Positions 52,921 through 64,000 of a stretch of DNA of 64,000 nucleotides are shown piece by piece. Location of the stretch: the NCBI GenBank assembly GCA_951406725.2, contig OX597814.1, forward strand, positions 9,796,001 to 9,860,000, written 5' to 3'. The stretch is from Octopus vulgaris. Taxonomy: Eukaryota. Numbering within the stretch: the stretch's first letter is position 1; each line of letters opens with the position of its first letter. The notes under the pieces were generated by a model. The model saw only the letters and a program-made list of their open reading frames with translations, was not told the DNA's origin and did not search any database. The position numbers and the translations under genes are program-made.

Positions 52921-53552
52921 TATGTTAGACTTTTGCTTTATGTCTGTACAAGTTGGCTCCAAGTCTCACCCAGAGACCTCAAGAGACAACAGGTTGGAAG
53001 TTCTGTGCCATATATTTTTTTTTTTTTTTTGGTGTTGTACTAGTGAATGTCTAATACATAAAAATAAAAAATAAATAAATAAATTAAAAAAAACAAATAA
53101 AAAGATAAAGAATTAAAAAAATTAAAATAAAAAATAAACAAAAATAAATAGACAAAAATGTTTGTTTTAAACCTTGGGATTACATAGAGAGTATTTTGCG
53201 TAGGATATGAGCAGTTCCCATGAGCACTATCTTTTGAATTTCTGCCATTTTGGGGTTTCCTGGTATCTGAGTTAGGTAGCAATCAGTCCCTTTCGCTATC
53301 ATTCCTAGGGCACCTATGACAACAGGTATTGTTTTAGTCTTCAGCTTCCACATTTTGCTGATTTCTATTTCAAGATCTTTATATTTGCTCAGTTTTTGGT
53401 AGGTCTTGACAGATACGTTTATATCGATTGGGACAGTCATATCAATGAGGAGGCATGTTCTTTGTCTGAAGTCTTTCAATATAATGTCTGGCCTATTTGC
53501 ATCTATCTTCCTGTCAGTTTGAATGGTGAAGTTCCAGAGGAGTGAGATGTGG

Positions 53553-53554
<2 letters not shown>
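52921..53554 (-). mobile_element. 5'-truncated Dong/R4-like RLE retrotransposon inserted in (TAA)n
   Basis: Open frame LLWNFTIQTDRKIDANRPDIILKD...LLIDMTVP...KLSKYKDL...PVVIGALG...IVLMGTAHILRKILSM* (PD..D..K endonuclease), 3' UTR, TAA arrays at both ends. Confidence 0.9.
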
Positions 53555-53620
<66 letters not shown>

Positions 53621-54464
53621 TATGAACTGCTATGGATTAATTTTTGTTCATATAGATCACCGCCATTTTCCTAAGATTCTGGACCTTACCTGAGCATACT
53701 GACAATTTCTGCTTCATCAGCTGACAAGCCAAGAAAAGTTTTAAAATATTCAAATTATGCAAATTGAATAGGCTCTCAATACCATTAAAAATATTAGTAT
53801 TTAAAAAAATTCGGTGGTGAGTGGCGGGTAAATATTAAGATATGATGTGTGGTGTTCGACAGCAATAAATTTGATAGTGTGATGTTCGTAAATGCAATAT
53901 CCGTAACCGAAATAGTTTAATAGATTTAAGAACATTTTTCAAAACACTAATACAGATATTCAAGTTAAAGGACCTCACCGAGACAGACAAAAACAAAGTA
54001 AATACATTAATAAAAAACTAGATAAATTCATCAGATCGATCACGTGCAAATCCTAGAAATTTCATAGGAGTACAAGTAAAAAGAATGGACAGATGTGTGT
54101 TATAAACATACTGTAAAGCAAAAGGAAAGCTACCGGTTAGGGTAAGTAAATGTGAATCAATTATGGGAAGCTGTTCATAGTTACCTGGTCTGCTAGAGAT
54201 AATAACGAAATCTCCCAAAAATTAAGTCTTTCGTTTTTTACCAAGTTCTCTCGCGCGAAACAGATAGCTATATGTTACGAATCATTAAATTTAATAAATA
54301 AATATCTATTCGGGGCATTTTATTTACTATCTTGAATACTTTATTGGATAGAGGTCGTTAGATTTCATTTGTAAGCTTTCATACACACATATAAGTACAC
54401 ACACACACACACATATATATAGTTATAAATATACACACATATATATATACATATATATATATAT

Positions 54465-54708
54465 CCTTCGAAACGTTTAGTAGATGAAACCTTAGCGACT
54501 GAAGAAGGGGATTTTTCGTTGTGCTTATTGTCTTGTATCTCTCTTTTTTTTGCTTGTTTTGTCCCTTGGTTTGTGTCTATGTTTTTCGTCTCTCTATGTG
54601 TTCGACGTCTTTTTGGTGTCCTGTACACATATATGCGTGTATATGTACATGTAGAGGTAGGTACGTACATATATGTTTATATATATGCATATGTTCTATT
54701 TTATTAAC

Positions 54709-54710
<2 letters not shown>
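54465..54710 (+). mobile_element. Repeat family H copy 4
   Basis: ccttcgaaacg...ctgaagaaggggattttt...ggtgtcctgtacac...gtaggtacgtacat. Confidence 0.75.
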
Positions 54711-54766
<56 letters not shown>

Positions 54767-54947
54767 ATGTGTATGCATCTATGTGTATATATACGTGTGT
54801 GTATAAACGTGTGTGTGCGTATGTGCGTATGTATGTATATATATGCACATATACATATATAAATTTATATACACGCGTATATCTATATGTAACTAGATAT
54901 GCACACACACACGCACACACGCCTGCGCACACACACATATAGTTGTA

Positions 54948-55340
54948 TACTCTTTTACTCTTTTACTTGTTTCAGCCATTTGACTGCGGCCATGCTGGAA
55001 AACCGCCTTTAATCGAGCAACTCGACCCTGGGACTTATTCTTTTGTAAGCCCAGTACTTATTCTATCGGTCTCTTTTGCCGAACCGCTAAGTAACGGGGA
55101 CACAAACACACCAGCATCGGTTGTCAAGCAATGCTAGGGGGACAAACACAGACACACAAACACGCATATATATATATACTTATATACGACAGGCCTCTTT
55201 CAGCTTCCGTCTACCAAATCCACCCACAAGGCCCTGGTCAGCCCGAGGCCATAGCAGAAGACACTTGCCCAAGGTGCCACTGAACCCGGAACCATGTGGT
55301 TGGCAAACAAGCTACTTACCACACGGCCACTCCTGCGCCT
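54948..55340 (-). mobile_element. SINE family A
   Basis: Colinear with 513-939. Confidence 0.9.
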
Positions 55341-55474
55341 ATATATATATATATATATACATACATACACATTTATATTATATCCATTTATATATACTTG
55401 TAAATGTATGTGCGCATAATCTTATGTATTTATTTATGCATGTTAGTATCTATTTATCTATTTATTTATTTATT

Positions 55475-55528
<54 letters not shown>

Positions 55529-55544
55529 ACAATATGTATATACA

Positions 55545-55801
55545 TCTTTTACTTGCTTCAGACATCTGACGGTGGCCATGCTGGAGCACCGCCTTTTGTC
55601 GTACAAATCGACTCCAGGACTTATTCTTTGTAAGCCAAGTACTTATTCTATCTGTCTATTTTGCCGAACCTCTCGTTACGGGGATGTAAACACACCAACA
55701 TCGGTGTCAAGTGATGGTAGGGGGACAAATACAGACACCCAAATATACACCTACACATATACACGCACACATCCCATCGTATATATATATATATATATAT
55801 G

Positions 55802-55888
<87 letters not shown>

Positions 55889-56053
55889 GTATATATATGT
55901 ACACGACGGGCTTCTTTCAGTTTCTGTTTACCAAATCCACTCACAAGTCTTTGGTTGGCCCGTGATTATAGTAGAAGTCTCTCGCCCAGGGTGCCACGCA
56001 GTGGTACTGAACCCGGAACTATTAACTAACCTTCTTACCACACGACCACTCCT
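55545..56053 (-). mobile_element. SINE family A with expanded internal (TA)n
   Basis: Colinear with 513-939. Confidence 0.85.
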
Positions 56054-56126
56054 ATATATATATAGGTGTATATATATATGTGTGTGTGCGTGTGTGTGTA
56101 TGTGTGTGTGTGTATACATATAGTTA

Positions 56127-56172
<46 letters not shown>

Positions 56173-56837
56173 CGTATGTATGTATGAATGTACATTTATA
56201 TGTATGTATTCGTTTATGTTTTTTCACGGGCCTATTAACTAGCGTTTAAGCATGTATGTGTGCTTATGCAAATGTCGGTATAGCTGCATGAAATCATTGG
56301 AATACATGTATGTCAGTTGTGTAGATAGAGAGTTGAAATTTTGTCGTATACTATCCTCAATGTTAGAAGAGTTCACATAGTGAGGGGAAATAATCATTGG
56401 CTTAATTCATTGATACGTAATCAAACGAAGCGTTAAGTTGGACTCCCGCAGAGACAGGAACCTATGTGAGTTGTTAGAATAATAGCAGTCATAGACATGA
56501 CGTGATGCCAGAACAGGAGTAGTAGTAGTAGTAACAGTAGCAGCAGTAGTAGTGGTAGTAGTCGTGGTAGTAGTAGTAGTTGTTGTTGTTGTTGTTGTTC
56601 TTATGTTGGTGCGTGTGGCGGTGTTAGAGTGAGATGATAAAACTATGCTCATATGAGTAAACTAGTAAAAGCTTCTTTGACGGTCCATTTCGAAATATTC
56701 CAGTGAAGCGTACGGAATTTATGTCTATATAATGTAATATGGAAGTGACTGGCAATATCTTCAGCTTGAAAGCCAGTAGTAATGGAGTACGTTGTGTTAA
56801 ACGGTTGCAAGGTTGCATGCTTATTTATGGTTGTATC

Positions 56838-56871
<34 letters not shown>

Positions 56872-57116
56872 GTGTGTGTGTGTTTGTTTGTGTGTGTGTG
56901 TGTGTGTGTGTACATGTATATGTATATATATATATGTATATATATGTGTGTGTGTGTATATATATATATATGTGTGTGTGTATATAAATATATATACGTG
57001 TGTATATATATGTATATGTATATTTATATATATATACACATACGTATGCATATATATACACACACGCATACATATATATGTATATATACATGTGTATATA
57101 TGTATATGTATGTGTG

Positions 57117-57152
<36 letters not shown>

Positions 57153-57226
57153 TATATGTATATATATACATATATATATATACATATATACATATATACA
57201 TATATATACATATATATATATATATA

Positions 57227-57300
<74 letters not shown>

Positions 57301-57892
57301 TATATATATGCATATATTTGTACATTCATAGACGTATACAGGCTACAGAAAAGAAGACTCAGTTCATAGCGTAGAGTATATATGCTTATAAATGAACTGC
57401 TGATGATTCGTTCTCTCAGTTACTCAGAGATTCATTCACACATGAAGTACATTGACGGATCATTCAGATGCCTCTCGAGAATGGAGGTACGGCAACAGTT
57501 GGCTGTTGAAGTCCTTCGTTATTGGTCGCTTATAAGCTGGGTTTTTATTAGTCAGGGTACGTCATGTGATCAGCATTGTTTCAAGTAACTTGAACTGCTG
57601 TAGAAGGGAAACAAAGAACAACTTGAAGAGATTTGCAGTTGCACAGCTATTTAAGAGGGGAATATGAATGATATTCCACTCTTTCAATCACACATATAGA
57701 CATACACACATACACCCACACATAATAACACGAATATACATATACATGTACACACACACTTTTCTTTCTTTCTCTCTTTCTTTCTCTATTTGTCTATCTA
57801 TCTCTATATTTCTCTCTCTATATGTGTACGTGTGTTTTGTGGAGAGAGAAAGAGAGAAAGTGTAGTATTTATGCATATATGAGTGTGTGTGT

Positions 57893-57933
<41 letters not shown>

Positions 57934-57963
57934 CATCAGGGAATAAAGCCCTGTACGTATTCC

Positions 57964-57999
57964 CTGATGAGAGGTAAACAAGCCATGAAACGGCCAGTT
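57964..57999 (+). ncRNA. Degenerate hammerhead-like motif
   Basis: CTGATGA-GAGG-taaacaag-CCAT-GAAAC-GGCCA-GTT; stems imperfect; preceded by a 12-bp IR (57934-57945/57958-57969). Confidence 0.4.
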
Positions 58000-58578
58000 A
58001 GTAGACTCCCTCACGTTTTCAGTACATCAATGTGCAATGGCATAGAGAGAATGTGTTTACATTTGTATTTCCTCCACAGCGAGGCTTGTTTTTGTTGTTG
58101 TTGTTGTTATTGTTATGTGTGTCTCTGTGTTTGTGTGTGTGTGTACGTGTGTGTGACTCTCCTGTCGTAGACGACAAATGAAGATGCCACAATCCTATGC
58201 TGAATAACTGCCACAGATGATTTGTTTTAAAGTAATCGAATGTTTAAGCTGTACATTAGCTCACTCCCTCCATCAGATCGACGTTACCTGAACAGGTGCT
58301 CAGTGCATCTCACGTCAGGTAACGAAGTGATCACAGAGCAACGCGAGATGAAGTGTTTTGCTCAAGAATTCACGATCTCGTCAATGTAAGTGCAGAACCC
58401 TAACCACTAAATATAGATAAATATGAGCTGGGGCTCATCTAAGTGTGGTATGTAATTAGTGAGAGTGCAAAAGTTTTCAGTAGCTAGTCGGTAATAGGGC
58501 TTGAAATTTTAATAAAATAAAAAAATGTCCCCAGAAAGGCCAGGTTTCAAATGTACTACACATAGAAAATATAGAATA

Positions 58579-58966
58579 CTAGCAGTATCGCCCGGCTCGG
58601 GTTTGTTCCGACCCTTTAGAATTGGAATTTTTGAAAAGTAAAAATTTTGAATTATGTATTTTGTTATTCTCTTTAAGTGAACATTTTTTCTGGTTGAAAT
58701 ACACCGAAAAATGGCGACACAGCAGTCAAAAAATCGTAAGAAATAGGGATTTTCATAGAAAAAAAGCATCTTTCTGATGTAAATAAGTTTAGGTGTTAAC
58801 ATGGTCCAATTTGAATTTTTTCTTCTACGGAATGAAGATCAAGCCTTCTTCTATCATACTCTCAATTTTGGTCAACTTGCGCCGCAGGGTCTCGGAGGAG
58901 ATAGTGTTAGTTGAAGGCTACCAAACCTGCCATACAAAGACAACTTCAGCTTTATATATAGAGAGA
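58579..58966 (-). mobile_element. Non-autonomous Helitron
   Basis: Minus strand starts a|tctctctatatataaa and ends ccgggcgatactgctag|t; same termini as 23586-23968. Confidence 0.82.
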
Positions 58967-59833
58967 TTTATCACAATATGCAACGTTTACCAAAAGGTGC
59001 GTCAAGACGTTTATGCGAATGTTCTCCTTTACAACTGCAAATATAAGATAAATATAACATGAAAGGTGTTTAAGATACTAGAAGTAATAGTTACTCAGTA
59101 TCCTATTCAATATATAGATGTTAATATCACGACTGGGTCGTATATGCCTCGATTTGGAACAGAAAAATGAAGGATGGAGTCATTCCATATATTAATGAGA
59201 AAGTTAGTGAAATATTTCTTTAGATTTCGCTAATGAAGAATATATTAAATTGGGGCACGTAAAGATAGACGCACAGCAACCTAAGCACTATGAATTCAGG
59301 TCATCTAAGGGAAGTATTTAAAGACTGAAAGCGCACGTTGGCTCAAAAGGTAATATCTGTAAAAAATTTTAAATAGCAAGAAGAATAAATAACAAATGTC
59401 ACACAAGGAAATACTGATGAATTATTACGCCCAGTACAGTAATCGTGGCGATGTGGAAAAGAAGGTAGTTTCACAATCAGCAGTTCGACTCCACGGTACG
59501 ATGCATTGGTGACGAGTTTCGTCAACCAACGGAAGGAGTCTGGGCGGAAGTCAGTCGTTTAAGTAAATCAAAGAGCCTCGTTGTGTGTACCGGTATATAC
59601 TGGTGTGAATTGTAAGTATAGTGTGATAATAATTAGGCCTGTAGAGGGCAGGTAAATCTCTAAAGGAACGTAACGTTGTTAAATTTACCGTTCGAAATAG
59701 ATGGAGAAAATATCAAACAGACTAGTACTAAGATAGATATAATTACCTTAAAGCAGTCGAAGATTATGCTCCAAAATGGCAGCAGCTCAATGACGGTAAC
59801 GAGCAAAAGGACAAAAAATTCACAGAAAGAGAA

Positions 59834-59886
<53 letters not shown>

Positions 59887-60039
59887 TCTACATATACACT
59901 AAAATTTTTCTACGCCAATACTATGTTCGTCTGTGACACATACATACACATGCATACTCACAAATATATTTGACAAAACGTTAAAGGTGAACGAAATAAG
60001 AATATGAACAAATTCTTTGTATAGTTTTTGCTATCTGGT

Positions 60040-60096
<57 letters not shown>

Positions 60097-60306
60097 AAAG
60101 TCCCCTAAAGGACCGATTTGCAGTTTGCTAGCCTATCCTCAGAAAATACTACCTGGCTTTCTCATCTCCGCTCTGAAACTAGCATAAAACAGCTACTATA
60201 GAATGCAATCATAAATTAAGCTAGTACCGTGGTGGATAGGCTAATTTGCATGTGTCTCTATGATTTCCTTTTCCTTGCGCACTATATAAATGCATATTTT
60301 ATACAT

Positions 60307-60360
<54 letters not shown>

Positions 60361-60463
60361 ACTTATACATCATGTATACGCTAAAAGAGATATATACAGA
60401 AAAATATTCACTGGAATTTAAATTTGTCTCTATGATTATATCTATATACACATACACACATCT

Positions 60464-60856
60464 GAGTGTCAGTGTGGTAAGTAGCCTACTTACCAACCAC
60501 ATGGTTCAGGCTTCAGTCACACTACGTGGCACCTTGGGCAGGTGTCTTCTACTATAGCCTCGGGCCGACCAAAGCCTTGTGAGTGGATTTGGTAAACGGA
60601 AACTGAAAGAGCCTGCCGTATATATGTATATGTATATATATGTGTGTGTGTGTTTGTGTGTGTTTGTCCCCACCAACATCGCTTGACAACCGATGCTGGT
60701 ATGTTTACGTCCCCGTAAATTAGCGGTTCGGCAAAAGAGACCGATAGAATAAGTACTAGGCTTACAAAGAATAAGTCCTGGGGTCGATTTGCTCGACTAA
60801 AGGCGGTGCTCCAGCATGGCCACAGTCAAATGACTGAAACAAGTAAAAGAGTAAAA
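60464..60856 (+). mobile_element. SINE family A
   Basis: Head through aagtaaaagagtaaaa tail. Confidence 0.9.
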
Positions 60857-60900
60857 AAAATGAGATATAACTGTATTCCTGTACAAATAGGTACAGACAT

Positions 60901-61318
60901 TACTCTTTTTTACTCTTTTACTTGTTTCAGTCATTTGACTGAGGCCATGCTGGAGCACCGCCTTTAATCGAGCAACTCGACCCCGGGACTTATTCTTTTT
61001 GTAAGCCCAGTACTTATTCTATCGGTCTCTTTTGCCGAACCGCTAGGTAACGGGGATATAAACACACCAGCATCGGTTGTCAAGCAATGCTAGAGGGACA
61101 AACACAGACACACAAACACGCACGCATATATATATATATATATATACATATATACGACAGGCTTCTTTCAGTTTCCGTCTACCAAATCCACTCACAAGGC
61201 TTTGGTCGGCTCGAGGCTATTGTAGAAGACACTTGCCCAAGGTGCCACGCAGTGGGACTGAAGCCGGAACCATGTGGCTGGTAGACAAGATACTTACCAC
61301 ACAGCCACTCCTGCGCCT
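60901..61318 (-). mobile_element. SINE family A
   Basis: Full-length copy, tail-to-tail with 60464-60856. Confidence 0.92.
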
Positions 61319-61349
61319 ATATATATATATATATGCACATCCGTCCCCA

Positions 61350-61394
<45 letters not shown>

Positions 61395-61399
61395 GTCTG

Positions 61400-61584
61400 T
61401 TTTTTTTTTTCCTCCCCCCTTTTTTTTAACCCCCCTTTTTTTTGTCCTCTTTCTCTCCTTTTACGATCCCTTTTGATCGAAACTCCCCCTTCCCTTTTTT
61501 TTTTTTTTTAAACCTTCAAAAGAAAAGCTCTACCTTGTAATTTGTTCTATCTGTGTGCAGCCCTGTGTGGCTAATAAAGAAACA

Positions 61585-61586
<2 letters not shown>
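61400..61586 (+). mobile_element. LINE-like 3' UTR fragment inserted in (TATC)n, sharing its tail with SINE B
   Basis: Pyrimidine-rich segment then ccttgtaatttgttctatctgtgtgcagccctgtgtggctaataaagaaac; (TATC)n on both sides. Confidence 0.55.
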
Positions 61587-61651
<65 letters not shown>

Positions 61652-61770
61652 ATCTACCTGCATTTCGTCCACAAACACTTAGATGCTAAAATACAAATAG
61701 GCACTCATAGAAATATATCTCATATAGTCATACCCAAATGTAAAAAAATTATACACACACACACACACAC

Positions 61771-61837
<67 letters not shown>

Positions 61838-62560
61838 GATATATATATTCGTTTAACACACAAGTAAATATGCGTATACGTACACACACACTCTTTGCCT
61901 CTCTCTCATGCAGACACACATACAGGCGCGCGCGCGCATAATCCATTTACCGCGACTTAGTCACTCTGTCAAATGTTTTGTTATTTATAGTTGATACTTT
62001 AGATCTAATATTGTATGCATTTTTTCTTCTGTCGGGTTATTTAAGAGGAAACGCTTTAACTATGTAATACGGTGGTGTTTGGCGTGTATTGTCTCAGCTT
62101 TCGAAATCTCTTTCTATAACGCCATCTTTCTTAAATATAATACGTTACAGCAGCCATCTTGTATTTGTCTGTTTTTTATATTGATATTGTAAAAGAAGCG
62201 GAGAAAAACGAAACTCAAATTGATAAGAATAGTGAGAATCTTGATACGGCAAGGCACCCTCCCCCTCTCTCTCTCTCTCCCTCTCTCTCTCCACACACAC
62301 ATACACATATATGCATACGAACGCACTCAGCTACGCATATGTATGTATGTATGTATTTGAGTGCATGCATATACGTATGTATATATGAATGTAAACGTAT
62401 GTATGTACATATCTATGTAGTTATATATGTATGAACGGATGGATAAATGAATAAATGGATAGATCTACGTATGTATATATACATATGTATATTCATGTAT
62501 ATATATGTGTGTGTGTCTATGTGCGTGAGTGTGTGTGTGTATGTACGTACTATACATATA

Positions 62561-62613
<53 letters not shown>

Positions 62614-62735
62614 GCATATGTATATTTTATTTATGTATAGATATAAGAATATATGTAATAATATATATATAATAATATATATATATATATATATAGTTAT
62701 AATTATATATATATAATTAGATATATTTACATACA

Positions 62736-62777
<42 letters not shown>

Positions 62778-63274
62778 TATGTTTAAAAGTACACATGCAC
62801 ACAGATACACACACATATGCAGATATGACATATATTTGTTTGTGTGCATGTGTGTGTGTGTATTTGTTCACAATTACGCATGTGTATTCCTGTGAATTCA
62901 CACATATATATTACTTACAAGACATATACACAAACATAAATGTGTATTTTCACCCTACATGCCAACACACAAGCAAGCTGAGGCTAATATACAAAGAAGT
63001 GTATAGTAATGCTTTCATAAATACTTCCCAAAACATATTACACGCACTCACACATATATCTGCATACATACACGTCTACACACACACACACATGTATGTG
63101 TGTATGTGTGTGTGGATGTTTGCATATTTGTATGCATATTTGTACGTGTGTGTGTGTGAGTGTGTGTGTATGAGCGTGTGTGTGTAAACTCTAACCTCGT
63201 TTATATACATTTTCGCGACTTCACACCTAAAGTACACACATTTATCTACATAAGTATTGATCTTATTTGACAAA

Positions 63275-63342
<68 letters not shown>

Positions 63343-63352
63343 TGTATGTATG

Positions 63353-63431
<79 letters not shown>

Positions 63432-64000
63432 ATGTATATGTAGCACTTTATCGAAATATATATTAAAAATAAGTCCTATAGACAGCGTTGCGAATTAGAC
63501 AGAATTAAGTTTTTTTTTTCACTTCTTTTCCATCTTATATATTAAGAGAGAGGAAGAAAAAAATTGGATGAAAAAAATTCAGTCAGATGAAAAAATTCTG
63601 ACTATACAAAACAAATGAAGAGAGAAAGTAGTGAAAAATATTCAAAACCCATCCCATCCCTCAGGAAAAAAAGAAAAACGAATTTGAATAAAAAGAAAGA
63701 AAAGACAACGTAAATATCTAATGATAAACGAACGAAGCAGGAAACAAAAAGCAAAGACTGTAACATCGACAACAGATCGTTGAAAACAACACTAGTTATA
63801 ATATGAGTTTTTTTTTTTTTTTTTCCTAAGACACTCAGTAGATTAAAGTTGATGAGCTCTTTTCACATCTTCTGCATCTCTCTTTATTTTTGTCATTGTT
63901 TCTCTACTTGTGTATTTTAAAATATGGCTGCTGTTTTTGTTTTGGGGTTGTTCTTTTCTTTTTGTTTCTCATTCCAGTTCGTATTTTGTGTTCAGTATTT

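Overview
AT-rich, microsatellite-saturated eukaryotic non-coding DNA. The repeat families (several tRNA-headed SINEs, (TA)n/(CATA)n/(TATC)n/(TAA)n arrays) look like those of an octopus/coleoid cephalopod genome; that assignment is an inference from recall. No intact host protein-coding gene is visible, and almost every ORF in the track is translated microsatellite. Real coding remnants are all transposable elements: a full-length Tc1 (DD34E) element and a full-length mariner (DD34D) element, both with TIRs and TA target duplications; a second mariner fragment; a CR1-type RT fragment; and four restriction-like-endonuclease (R4/Dong-type) LINE 3' ends lodged in microsatellites. Also present are four SINE families (about 30 copies), two non-autonomous Helitrons, a Helentron/HINE-like element and a 555-bp TAA-embedded element in three copies. 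The most interesting unannotated signal is a dispersed set of minimal hammerhead-ribozyme motifs (best at 7252-7343 minus, 6161-6196 minus, 6740-6787 plus). They lie in short non-coding modules embedded in TA/CA arrays, several with fold-back inversions, and may be non-autonomous Penelope-like/retrozyme-type retroelements. Boundaries of degenerate repeats are approximate.
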